DNA from: Laetmonice hystrix
Taxonomy: Eukaryota
NCBI GenBank assembly: GCA_965235115.1
Contig: OZ249436.1
Coordinates: 45,696,001 to 45,760,000 of the forward strand
Length of the DNA: 64,000 nucleotides
Reading direction: 5' to 3'
Below are positions 12,872 through 25,838 of the stretch, one piece after another (the stretch's first letter is position 1; each line of letters starts with the position of its first letter). The translations under genes were made by a program, and so were the position numbers. Below the pieces are notes generated by a model. That model ran no database searches. It saw only the letters and a program-made list of their open reading frames with translations, and was not told the origin of the DNA.

Positions 12872-15800
12872 GGGTCAGATTTTCTGGAATTGCACAAATG
12901 GGTGGTGAGATATGACTTTTGACAAACTTCTAAATTGAATTATAAGACCTATTATCCCGAAAAGTACATGGACCCAGCTTTCCGGTAATACCAATTATAC
13001 TCACTTTGGCCGAGGGGTTCAGTTTTTATGGCAGGTTAAAATTATAGTTAAAATTTTTGTGTAACGTCCGCCATCGTAATACATAGCTCATTCCGGCTTT
13101 CAATATCTTCCATGATAATTGATCAAGCATTATATCCTTTGATATCCGCTATGTGTACATGTACATAAAGATGTGGTGGAAATTATGGTCTGATCCCAAT
13201 GTAATTAATTATGGAAGGTATGGGTTAAAGTTGAGTATAATTTATGACATCCCAGCAAACTACCGTATACTTCCTTGTCTTTCCTTGTACTTCCTTTAAG
13301 AGACTCTGTTGATCTTCTCAGAGGTTCTACCCATTATCAGCCATACTACAGTATGTTACCTACCCAATGGGAGAATACGATGTGCGCTCACAATCGTCAT
13401 TACTGTGTAAGGACCAACCCAATAGACCTATATCGATAGCGGACGTTACATTTTCTGTGAATAACTCAAACGTTAATCTCACCTCTGTGTCTCTAAAAAT
13501 CGCTCTTTACTACACAAGGGATGGGTTGGGGACCCCTGACCGCCAGGAACCTACCACTAAAGTAGGATGTAAGGGGTGTCCATGTGGCCAGTGTGCCCCT
13601 GTCTCTTATTCCCTGATCCCAGTGGTCACCCCCCCCCCCCCCCCCGTGGTCATGTCCTGGTGGTTTCCCCCACAGCTTCGCCCGAGACGTAAGGGGTTAA
13701 GAGGTCACCCCCTGCCTCTGCAGCGAGTTATCCCGGCTAATGACCACGCCCATACAATGATCCCTCTGTTCCTGCTGACCCCGTGCCCGCGCCCCTCCCC
13801 GTGTGCTGGTAGGCCTACAGGGTTGTGTCACATACGAAAAGGGTAAAAACGAAACATGTTCTAGAGTATGAATAATATTGTTTTTAGAAACTTCTTTGTT
13901 CATACATATATATGTCCAAAAAGACTGGGGGAAAATCAATTTCAGTTACAATGGAGGGGATTTTAAATTCTAAATTGTAACGTCCGCTATCATATTCGGT
14001 ATCCCCAGAGGAAAAACAATGAAATCGTCGCCTAAGTAAGTGTTTGATATGATTAACAGTGGTAATAACGTGGCATGTTAAGCCCAAAAAAAGTCTGGTT
14101 TGCCTTTTACTAGGTGATACAAGTCGTCTTAACACCCTCTATCAAAAGCGTAACGTCCGACACCAAAAGTCGCCCCAAGCTATAACAAGGTAAAACACGA
14201 CCATTTACACTATGGTTCCGATAAATAATGATTTTGTACGCGAGACAACGTGAATACACATTCCATTACATCGACACTGAACCAATTTGTCAACAAAATA
14301 TTTTACACAGATATTACGATAGCGGACGTTACAGTCTATGCAAACCCATGTTTGTTAGTGGCAAAAACACAGTATTTAAAGGTGCTATTCGTCTCGCACA
14401 GAATGGCATTTCTCCTATCATACATTATGCACATAGTACTAGAAAAAATTCCTACCGATACCATTTGCCTGATAAACCTTCTATTAGTTTGTGTGCAGCA
14501 TTTGAAACCTATCTCGGTGCGCACCGAGATAGAGCCATTTCCTATGGTGGGGCGTGTCAGGATCTCCACAGGCCTTCTGAGAGAGCCCCATTTGTGCCGT
14601 TATCCATGAAAAATTTTGATTTCCTTTGTTGTGAATCTATTTCCATGATAGGTGGGATCACATAAACGTCAACAAAATTAAAAATAAAAAAATTGAATTT
14701 TTGTTCACGAATAGCACCTTTAATAATGTCATAATAGCATAACATCGATTTCACGGGTAGGGGTGACATCTTATAGATTCAAAATATGACTAAAAGCTAA
14801 AAATCTAATAGGCATATAATGTTACCAACATCTAAACCTGAGCTATAAATAAAATATCGGACGTTACATTGAAATGCTAAAACCCAACAACCGTGGGTTA
14901 TCGTAGGCTAAACATGGAAGTGGCTTACGGTCTCGACTTGCAAACCACGAGGTCTTCAAGTGTGATAGGCCTAACTCTTATGCAATAGGCAACATTTACC
15001 AAACAAGAAGGTGTTATTATAATGCTAGGATCTTTAAGCCTACATGGTGTATTATATTTTGTTGTCATATAAGAACAAAACATCGCATTTTGATCATCTC
15101 CTTTGGATAATTTATGTTGATGGACTTACGTCACGTCAGGCCTTCTCGCACAGACCACGCCCTTGAATGTCCGTGACGTTGTTAAGTAGAGCTGGTATTT
15201 TGATAGCAGACGTTACTTTCATAGCGCCCGTTACGTATTTGTAAAATTGCTCCAAAACGTGTAAAAAAAATGAAGCAAAATTCTTCTTTCGTTCGTAAAT
15301 TATTTTTCATTGTTTAACAAAGAATAAATAATGGTTGAATTCTGGATTTGAGTTATACCGTGATAGATAGAATGAATTTGGTAAAGTGTAACGTCCGCGA
15401 TTGAAAGTTGTATAAGACAAGGGTTCCTCACTTTGGCATGTTATGACATGAGAACTAATGGGGGCAAGGACATTTTTTTTTTATTTTAAAGGAAGATGAT
15501 GTAGGCAGTCATAAACTATATATATATCAAATAACAACTAAAATGTTAATTAATGACAGACGCTGTGGATATTGATAGCGGACGTTACAAAAGAAATATG
15601 CGAAATCTCCACTTTTTACAGAAATTAGGGATAAACATGAAGGGCCAAAAACATATTGTAGAGAGGTACAGGAATATGATAACATGAATACAAGTCAAGA
15701 AAAACACTCCATTTTGTATTTTTTATTAGGACTGGAGAGGAAATGCTTTTTGAAAATGGAAAAAGAAAAGGATGTTTTTGCAAAATGGTGATTTCATGGT

Positions 15801-15983
15801 GTGATAGATTGGACATTTGAAGGAATAAGTACATGAAAGTATACATTTCCTGAAACCTTTTTTTGTTCTCTTTGCAATGAGACTGCAATTATAACGATCG
15901 ACTAAGATGCATACAAAATGTGCGACATGGAAAGGAATAAGGTCTGCAAATTGGCATTTGTACAATTCCAGAAAATCTGACCC
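12872..15983. mobile_element. ~3.1 kb non-autonomous DNA transposon, Sola2-like (GGG terminus, 4-bp TSD ACAT)
   Basis: TIR gggtcagattttctggaattg(c/t)acaaatg at both ends; ACAT flanks both sides; no transposase ORF seen. Confidence 0.75.
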
Positions 15984-16885
15984 ACATGCCTTATACTTTC
16001 TGTCTTTCTTTTTCTTTCTTCTTTTCTTTTTTAACTAGTTAAGTTAATTAGGCCGAGATAATTTAACTTGACGAATTGTTGAATTTTGTTTGCCCCCAAG
16101 GGAACTTCAAAGCACAATAATTAAATTGCACTGCAGTTTCCCCGATACTGAAAGTCGATTTGGGAAGTGGTGCACTGCTACTGCAGTTGACCACGTCGAC
16201 AGTCCAATCAGGGGTTAGTATTGATACACACGTTCGTTGGGTGACACAATCTTAAATTCAGTGCATCTCCGCTAGGTGGCAGATTGTGCATGGTGTTACT
16301 TCCGGTCACCATTGAAGTTCCAGTGCGTGTCAGTAGCCGGGTCCCCAGCTCTATATTGACTTCGTATATAGAGCCTGGTGACGGCCAATCGAAGCAAGCG
16401 TTGTGATTGTCATCGAAAACATGGACGCAAACGAGGTATAGTTCCGTACCCTCCGTATTTCTCCAACAAGATACAAATATTTTCGTTAATCCCTTTAAAA
16501 TACAAGTGTTAAATGTCCTCGCTTTTCTGGATGTAAACATAGCGTCACCAGTCCCCACACCTGCTACGGTCTGCATACGCAGTCGCATGTTGGCCACTCC
16601 CGGCCACGCTCCAAGCAGAAGTCGATCACTCTGTTAACGCCGAAGGCGGAAGTGATTAGCTCCGAGGCGGAAGTGCTTGGAGATAACCACTTCCGTTTTA
16701 CAGCTTTCTGTTAGCCATCGCCGGGCCTTACATAGCGGATGCGTATGGTTAAGGCACCGGGTACCAGGCTATGCGTGTCAGTAGAGGGCTTTGGTCTAAC
16801 CGAGACTGGTGTTTCCTGCACCGCCATGCGCTGTGCCTGTGCTACCACTCCCCGCTGCTTTGTTACGTTTCTTTTTTTGTCTTCG

Positions 16886-17199
16886 TCATCGGAGGATTTG
16901 CCCCCAGCTGACGGCAAGTGAGGATGTACAAGGTCATGACCTTGGTCTCACCTCGAATCTAGTTCATCGGAGGATTTGCCCCCAGCTGACGGCAAGTGAG
17001 GATGTACAAGGTCATGACCTTGGTCTCACCTCGAATCTAGTTCATCGGAGGATTTGCCCCCAGCTGACGGCAAGTGAGGATGTACAAGGTCATGACCTTG
17101 GTCTCACCTCGAATCTAGTTCATCGGAGGATTTCCCCCCAGCTGACGGCAAGTGAGGATGTACAAGGTCATGACCTTGGTCTCACCTCGAATCTAGTTC
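16886..17199. repeat. 78-bp tandem repeat, 4 copies
   Basis: Units at 16886, 16964, 17042 and 17120 are nearly identical. Confidence 0.95.
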
Positions 17200-17490
17200 C
17201 ACGTGCACCTGCCTGAGCATGCTCCGTAACAGGAAGTCGCCATTAAACAGGCACAAGTTCATGAATTGCAACTTTGCCTGCCTGGAGCAATGTTCGTCGT
17301 CAATACATTTATTAATAAGCTCATTTATTAATAAGATAGAATTCCCGAAAATTACCTTAAAATAATGCATGCGATATTTTCAGGACAACAACTTAATTAA
17401 AGTTTTCTTTCATATTATTCTTGCTTATTCACGACGGTTTCCCCGACACTGGACCACTTCAATGAACCAATGCACACTGCCTGGTACACA

Positions 17491-17652
17491 TTAAGGCGAT
17501 TTTCCTTGCGACGTCCATGCAATTTTGATATCATCCTTTTATTATTACTGTGATTTTGAGATAGAACCCATATCCTTAAACAGGGAAGGCCAGCCAGGAA
17601 AGATTTCAGAGTGAAATTCTACCATTAAATCTAAAATCGCATGGCCGTCGTG
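17491..17652. mobile_element. MITE copy (ttaaggcgattttccttgcgacgtccatg...), same family as 29068-29249
   Basis: Clear sequence similarity between the two copies; each retains a different terminus. Confidence 0.7.
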
Positions 17653-17887
17653 ACTAAACATTGGCGCTCTTTCAGCACTCGATTCATGAAATATCTACGT
17701 ACTATAGTTCTTTAATTCTGATTGTCACAACTGATACAATCTACCTCTCGGATTTAATAATAACGATTTGCTGTGTAAAAACATGCTGAAATTGAAGTCA
17801 ACGCTGAAATCGTGAACTGCATGGGGACAAGCAATGGGGGTGCCATTTTAATTTCCCATCATCGGAGTCCGATAGTCTGGACTCCAG

Positions 17888-18053
17888 GCCCCAGTTTCAA
17901 GAAAGTGGTTAAGTTAACTAAGTTGGTTAAAATCGTGGTTAACTCTGACTTTAACCAAGATTAGTTAATTTTCTGTTTCGTGATTGGTTAATCTCTGGGT
18001 CAAATTCATCTTAACCAACTTAGTTAACTTAACCACTTTCTTGAAACCGGGGC
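17888..18053. mobile_element. Palindromic MITE (~166 bp), probable CAG TSD, Harbinger-like
   Basis: gccccagtttcaagaaagtggttaagttaactaagttggttaa pairs with ttaaccaacttagttaacttaaccactttcttgaaaccggggc; cag flanks both sides. Confidence 0.8.
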
Positions 18054-18072
18054 CAGATCATCCAGACCCTTA

Positions 18073-18154
18073 AGCTGGTTCCCGGCTCACTCGCTAGGTG
18101 GCTCTGTGGTCGACGCGAGTACTCGCCACCTAGCGAGTGGGCCGGGAACCAGCT
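18073..18154. mobile_element. Mini hairpin element (~30-bp inverted arms)
   Basis: agctggttcccggctcactcgctaggtggc pairs with gccacctagcgagtgggccgggaaccagct. Confidence 0.65.
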
Positions 18155-20619
18155 CACCAGAGCCTCAGCGCCGAGAGCAGAGGGCATTGACAAGTTTGAA
18201 TCTCCGAGTTGTTTGCGAGCGTTGAGTACATAAGCGGCACATTTACAACGTTTCAGTTTCGGGTTTGCTCGCAGTTGATTGGTCAACAAACATGTACTGG
18301 AAATCTAGGTGGTGACGTCTCGCGTACGAAAAATATCTGATGTGATCAGGTCCAGTGGAAAGTGTTATGGAAGGGAAGTACCTACTCGTGGACTATTCGG
18401 CCACAGATTGACCTGTGCGAAACATTGTATCCACATGATGTGTTTCCTGGTGTTGACCATGTAAGATACAATGTTAGGATTAGTAAATCATTAATACCCG
18501 TTGACCGAGACGCATTCGGAATTACGGAATTACCTCTTCCTCGTGGCACACCCAGGGAATCAGTTGAAATATCAAAACCCAAAATATAATTCAGAGTCGC
18601 CAACAAGATGTGCAGATTGGTAGAAAATACCGATGTTTATAATTTGGCAGGTATTATGGGATTTTATTTCGCTTGTTGCGCGCCAAGATAATACCGACCC
18701 CCTAAAAAAAATCCCGGTTTCTAGTATAGGCCTACGGGCGCGTCACTTCAGAAGCAGCGCATCGATGTTTTGTTCCTTGTCCTCACCTGGCATGAATGTG
18801 TGAATAATTATTGTGCTGTCACCTAGCGGTAAGGATCGAAACATAACCATTGTTGTAATGGCGACTGCAACGGCAAACTGCGGCACAAGTCAGTAGGCTG
18901 CCGAATAGTCCGGCGGGAGGACTTCCGTTTTCGTAACGCTATGGTGTGGAGTGATACGGCCGTGGGGGATTCTATATCTATATTCTTACCCGTGACGTCA
19001 CGGCAGTTCACTGACTTAAGCCCACACTGGGCATGCCCGTACTCTTGTGGGAAGTAAAATCGACTTCCAACAATGCACCGGTGCCATCGTATCTGCATGA
19101 TCAGATCATACGCCGGCGAAGCGGCATACACCGAAGAGATAGAAATGCAGTTAAGCGGTACAAAATAGTCCAGCAAAATAGTTTGATTTAAACTGTTTCA
19201 ACTCAAATTAAATCTTTAAGAACAATGAAATGAGGTGATAAACAACCTCTGATAATGTAAGCAATGTTTGATTATAATTATTTTGTGAGTGATAGTTAAC
19301 TGCTCACAGGTGTCCATTTGACTCTGAGACCAGAAGAGGTTGGTTCAAGCAAAAGCGACCTCTGGTGGAAGTTTGCTGCAACGGGAGATCGAGTCCGGTT
19401 CTAGTTCTCAATTCCGCTCATAGGGGTCTGACAAGCAGAGCCATCTGGCGGATCGATAGTAGAACACAAGCCCGCTATATTTTATATGAGTCCAGTGCCT
19501 TTTTAGCCTCGATCTATAAAAGGCGATTTCCAGTCAGAGCGAATTGACCTACAATTTTGAATGATGAGAAAAATACAGTGTGTTTTAACCTACTGAAAGA
19601 GGATACGTTTATTAATGGGTAAACCTGTACAACAGATACAACCCAGAATCTTCAAGTGGACCTCTATACCTATATAGGAGAGCCGACACGATAGTAAACT
19701 CCGTGCCTTTGGCTAAAATTATCCCAGTACTTGGCATATACAGTTCGGTTCTTTATTGTTCTCAAAGGGCTGAATGGTTTCTCTCTCGGCCTCAAGCAAT
19801 AAAATAAGGAGAGAGAAAATGATAATTAAAGGAAGCTTTGAAGCTCAAAGGTTCCCAGGCACAGTCCAGCAGAACGATATAACTCTCTAATGTGCATGAC
19901 CGTAAAATAAGCTATACGCCTATACATTACATTGTATAAATAATTACCGATTCAGAGGGAACCACTTCAGGAAATTTGGGATAAAGTCTCAAATTTGTAA
20001 TTTTCCCCTGTATTTTGAAGCGGCGAGTGCTTCATATAAAAATCTATAGTTGCCGGGTTATATTCGGTCGGCGTTCTTGCAGCATGCCCGGCATGTTCGT
20101 TAGCTGATTTATTTATGTATGTTTGTATTGAATCGGAAGGTGAGAGCTATTGGTGCTGTCCCACAACTAGAACGTTACAATCGAATGATGCTGTTGGAAT
20201 TACAAGAATTGAAACCCCAAACTAAATCGTATTTAACACGGGGGGGGGGGGGGCTTTCTAGAAAAGGTGAGAACAGCCGAGTAAAAAAGGGTAAAAAATA
20301 TGCAAGTATTTATGCGGTCACACTGTAGCAATACTGGTTGACCAAAATATACGGTTGTGAGGAGAATAATATAAGCACATTAAATCGTATAACCTAGATA
20401 ATGACCGATCCTGTATGTATTCACCAGCGGTTCCTTGAGGGGTCGGTGTATTTATTATGATACCAGAACGTCTTAATGTAGGCATGTTGCCGTCACTCGC
20501 TGTCCGAGTGAGTTTACAACGCTACGTCTCCTCACGCGGACCTACCACAGCCACCACTCAGTGACCATGAGAATGGGGTGTTTTTATGAACCTGTCGAAG
20601 GTTTATAGTAAGATCAAAG

Positions 20620-20716
20620 ATGGCATTAGCCTTTAAACTTGTCATGTGGTGCATGATATTAGAAACAGCATGGATTTCTGCACCACTGAGCCACTACGGA
20701 CACAAGGAGGCTGCTC
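20620..20716 (+). CDS. Gene B coding exon 1: probable signal peptide MALAFKLVMWCMILETAWISAPLSHYGHKEAA
   Basis: ATG in aagATGg context, hydrophobic N-terminus, consensus donor C|GTAAGT at 20717; phase 1 matches the acceptor at 23718. Confidence 0.7.
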
Positions 20717-20817
20717 GTAAGTACACCATTTATGATATATATCTCTGTGTTCCATCAACCTCCACCAGTTCTCTCATAGAATACACATGTGTACATGTAC
20801 ACATACATTTAACAAGC

Positions 20818-21111
20818 CAGGGGCGGATCCAAGACGGGGTGGGGGTGGGGGGGGGGGGGGTAACCCCATCTTGGAAACCAATTTTTCCACATTGACGACC
20901 TATGAATTGCCCTAGCTAAACTCTCCCACCTTAGCCAAATCTTCACCTCCCTCCTTAACCCCGCCCCCTTCAACAAGATCTTGGATCTGCCCCCGCATGT
21001 GTAAAGATCCTGGATCTGCCCCCGCATGCGTAAAGATCCTGGATCTGCCCCCGCATGTGTAAAGATCCTGGATCTGCCCCCGCATGTGTAAAGATCCTGG
21101 ATCTGCCTCTG
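20818..21111. mobile_element. hAT-like MITE (caggggcggatcc ... ggatctgcc) whose right terminus is amplified as five 29-bp tandem copies
   Basis: Inverted termini plus a 29-bp tandem array at 20982-21111. Confidence 0.55.
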
Positions 21112-21137
21112 CATGTGTATTATAGCAAGGAGCATTT

Positions 21138-21386
21138 CTGCCGTGAAATGACAAAAGGAAGCAAGTCTAAAAGTTCAAGTTTCGAGAAATGGACATAAAC
21201 AAGTTGTCTCTACAGTGCAGTTGGATGGAAATGCTTCCTTCTGTCATGTGACTGATAGCTTCATAAAATGATGTTTAGCAGAAATACACCCATTGATAGA
21301 TAGGACTTACTTCCCTGAATCCAAATTTACATTTAAGTCGATTTTGATGAAAGTTGGACTTGCTTCCGTTTGTCATTTCACGGCAG
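21138..21386. mobile_element. MITE with ~30-bp TIR and ATTT TSD (Sola1-like)
   Basis: ctgccgtgaaatgacaaaaggaagcaagtc pairs with gacttgcttccgtttgtcatttcacggcag; attt flanks both ends. Confidence 0.75.
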
Positions 21387-23718
21387 ATTTGATTTCACAG
21401 CGGTATGTGTGCATGGTAGCCCTGTTTGCAGAATGAACACCTAAACCTATATATATATACATGTAAGTAAACTAAAACGTTTGTTTATGTTATCTCTTAC
21501 TCTATACCTATGGGCCTGGTGAAATGTCCGCCGGCAACCATACACTTGTTGTCCTGATATATTTTTTACCATGTCCTTACTATTCTGGACATATTGATTG
21601 GACCTAATTGGATGTAATTTGACAGCATCACATGCTGTATGTCAGTGTGGCATGCACGTGCACGTCATGATATATTTTCTGGGTTCCTTCTGCTTAAACT
21701 CTGCCAAGTAACTTGCCACATGACCAGGGAGAAAGGCAGTGTTGCACTTGAGGAATATTCTAGAAATGTGCCATGTATGGCAAGCGGAAAGTTTAGAAAC
21801 TCCACCTTCTGAGGGAAGTGAGAGATTTTCAATACGGGGCGATTTCAAAAAGAAGGCTTACTTATCGATGGTAAACAGTGATATTAGACCATAACCTTGT
21901 GTTTAAAGATTTCTATTTGAAGGTTCACACGGAAGCATAGTTTATAGTTTCATAGTTTAGTTATACTGTCCTAGGGGTCGCCGATACCGCCTTATATGGG
22001 CATAGAGTTCTCAAGACTGGCCGCTTGGTGAAATATGTCAGAGTTCACATTGAAGAGTGAAAGGCCGACTACGAATCAAAATCTGCCTTTTAAACCACAC
22101 AAGAAAAAATGTATCCGTAACCACCCCCCCCCCCCCCCGCAACAAAAGGCGAAGGCCCTCACTACGGCTATCCTATAGGCGAATTTGTGGGCAATTCTGA
22201 GTGATGAGTTGGGATTGATTTTATTTCGTCTTGCCCAGTTAAGCGCTAACTTTCTGACCTGCAAAAATCAGCTTATGTATTGATATATAACATTTAAATA
22301 AATTATTGGTTACCGTGAAAATTATGTATACCATGGTTTATATTTAGCACACGGTATGCAACCAGCTTCTCGCGTCGATCACGTCGCAATCGTCTACAAG
22401 CCTGACCCAGTTTACACACCAAACCACTGACCCCAGCAGGTTTTGCTCTAATAAAATAACAAAATCAAGGGCAGAATAAATGTGGCTGCACATCCTGAAA
22501 TGAGAATAGGAAAGGTAAATTTATGAAATTTGAAGAAAAAGTCAAAATAGTTATTTTTACACAACAGAAAAGGTGGCTAAGGCCGTAAACGACCCCTCAT
22601 GGTATGATTCAGGTTAGGGTTAGGGTTAGGGCTAGCCAGGAACTGTGAAAGATTGTTAATTCCTTCAAAATTACGTGGCGCCCTAACAATTGGGGATCTG
22701 TCCTCCACTCCAAACATCACCTCATCGTCCTTTCTCTTCACGTTCCGTAAGCTTTGGCCATATTCAATAGTACGGAGGATGTAATAGATGCCTCTGTCAC
22801 TGAAGATATATGACAGAATACATGTATATCATCTAGCTCCTTCAGTGGGTGATCCAAACCAAATATAGCCATGTACCAGTCCATACACACGTTCTCTCAT
22901 TCTTCAAGAAGAGACTTTCACCAAACGCGCCTAGTGGTGACCACAATAGGTGGAGAATTCATTCGTCAAATTGAGACTATAACCCTAAACCTTAGTGCTT
23001 GTGACTGGCTAATAATTCAGGGATCTATGTCAACCCACCACTAGGCACGCTGGGTGAAATCTATGTCAACCCACCACTGGCACGCTGGGTGAAATCTCTC
23101 TCCTTGGAGAAGGATCGAGAGACCAGAGAATTATAATATCGTGGTGGGTGGAGTAGGCACTACCATGTTAAGTATAAGTCAGAGAAGGCGTATCGGCAGA
23201 GAAGGTGACCTTCACGTTTAAAGCAGGGTAATAATATTGCCCAGTTAAATGGACCTCCATTGTCCGCACGGACACCTTGAAAGTCGAGACACTAATTCAC
23301 TGACATTTCTTTCTTAACATTTACATACCGTGACGTCTCAGAGACATGGGAAATAAAACATTGGACAACTCGGCTCAAGTAACATCAGTGTTAAATTTGA
23401 GTTATGAGTGGGTTCCTAGCACACTATACTCATCTCTCGGCTGCTATAACCATAGCCCCATACCTTCTCCACCCTAAGATTACATGATGTTATGGTAGAA
23501 CAGCGGTAATATTTCGGACACGGAAACCCCTCAGATATAATCCTTGTAACGCTGAATATACCTGCACAGACGGTAAAATGGCCCATAGTTCCTATTAGAA
23601 AACTTCAACCCCCACATATATCCTCTCTTGCAACGGACTTTGATTGACTGTTGATGAATAGAAATACTGATCAATACAACCGCCCGACATGAAGTGAATC
23701 TCTATTTTTCATTCCCAG

Positions 23719-25838
23719 AAAGCCCCGGAGAAGATGTGAATATCCGCAAGTTAAGGCACACCATCGGAAAGAATATCTCCGGGGTCAGCAGTTTCTCGAC
23801 GGGTGCAGCAGCGATCTCGAATCAAACAACAGCACGTCCTGGATCAAACATTAATTTTGCATACAATAATTCAAATGAACAGGATTCAAAATCGATGCTT
23901 TCAAACTTTACCACAACTATAGGAAAACATGGAAACAAGAATTTATATCCATGGTTATCGACTTTGCTTCACAAGGGGCAGAAACTTCGAACCCCAAGAT
24001 CTTTGTTTTCATTCGGGGCTTTCGACCCCTCCTCGTACCTGAGTAAAGTAAGCCAAGTTCAACTTGGGAATGCCGAGTCGGAGATGTACCACAGGGTGGC
24101 GCAGGCTGGCGTTCAGAGTCGCCGGGCCAAGGCCATGGCAGACGCCGCCTGGAGTGGCAAGGTTGGTGGGTCCGACCAGCCTAGACCTGGCCTTTCTCCG
24201 GTCCACATTCCTGTACAACCGACAAACCTGGTCCTTGGAGATCCTGGCAAAGGAAAACAAGAAACTGCTCACCAAGTAGTTCACCAGCCTCACCAACCAA
24301 CGACGACAACAACAACGACTCCCTGGCCAACGACAGCCCCCACAGTGAGACCAGTGGTTGTCACAAAACACGAACAAAACAAGAACAGAATCCACGTTTC
24401 TCTTGTTTACATTTGTAATTCTCAAGTGACTGGCAACCATGCCGCAGCCCAACTACCACAGGAAGCCGGCTCGGGAGGAAACGCTGGTCGTTCATACGAT
24501 ACGTACCCGGCACAATCAAACGATTACCAAGACAATCCCGATACGCAACGCTGGAACGGAAACAGACGATCACGTGACTTTAGATACGATCCACCGGCTG
24601 AACATATCCCAGCAGGTGGCGCTGTATACAATGACCACGGACCACCGGGTATGACACACCAAGCTGGATATCATCAACCCAATCCAGTCCATCCTGGTGT
24701 TAGACCAGGCCAACCACCACCTGGCCAATACCATCAGGACTACGACCGCCCGTCTCGACACGTCTTCAGTGATGAATCCCAGCTCGATCACACGGGGAGA
24801 CACACTCAACCTTACCCTCCGGATTACGACCATCCGACCGGAAGTTATCTCCCTAACGATTACCCATCCCCAGACTACGACTACGACCAGCCCACTGAAA
24901 GTTACCCCAACTACGACTATCCTACTGATAAGGCACCTTATAATCAGCAGCGAATACTCACAGAACCATACCAAGGAGACTATGAACAACCTACCGACAT
25001 CATTTCTCACAGTGACACCCAGTCGCAACAACCTTGGAAGACGCAATCATTCAATGGCGGCAATGACGGGTCGACTCAGAACGTGTTAAAATACAGCATC
25101 CGTTCTGACTACGTGAGAAAGCGTGCAGTATCTTACGGCCACGAGTACGATCCACGGCCTCGTACGGTCAAGGTGGACGTCACTCGAGTGAAACAGTCGG
25201 AGAGGTATCACCATTCAAACCCAGCAGGATTCAGCCTATCCAACCAAAATACACAGATGGGTGACGATTATGCTAACCCCCAGAGCTTTCCGGCAGCTGA
25301 CTATCATGGCAACGTCTACCCTCAGGGTGTCAGTGGCGCCACTAACGGCGCCAGGGCAAACAACATGAGGGACCTTCACCAACCGTATGCTCACGAGTTC
25401 ATTCAACCAACTCAGACCATCGCTCAGAAAACTGGAAGAAACCATGAGCATAGTTTTGTTCAACCCGCAGCAAGGGACCAGCATACCGCAATGTACCGAA
25501 ATCAACACTACAGGCAACTCAGTCAATCCGCTCTGAGGAACATCTCAAACACAGACAGACATCCCAAGACAAAGAGCAGATTTGTGCGGTCTGTTGAACC
25601 TATCGCGGAAGATTTAGTGGGGAACCTGGAAAATGGAGAGGAACATTCGGTTGTTTCGGAACCTTCCGGTGACAATGTTGGACCTGTGTTGTACCCCGCG
25701 TCTAGTGAGGTCTCTGCGGGACTTCCCGAGGGCAATTACGACCAGGACACTGGAACTAAAGTGTTTGTACGCAGACCTCGTAAATCCCTTCTCAGTCACA
25801 TCGGACCATTCATGCACATCAGCTGTGTCAGTTCGTAG
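23719..25838 (+). CDS. Gene B coding exon 2: secreted low-complexity Pro/Tyr/Asp/Gln/His-rich protein (~738 aa total) with VSLVYICN and C-terminal HIGPFMHISC motifs; paralog of gene A
   Basis: Acceptor tatttttcattcccAG at 23718; 2.1 kb open frame to TAG 25836-25838; motifs shared with gene A. Confidence 0.9.

Noticed and set aside
14228..14665. 145-aa ORF inside the Sola-like element as a transposase
   Set aside because: No recognisable DDE/DDD or DNA-binding motifs, and too short
23694..23718. ORF-track start of the 714-aa ORF
   Set aside because: GTG start lies in the polypyrimidine tract of the acceptor
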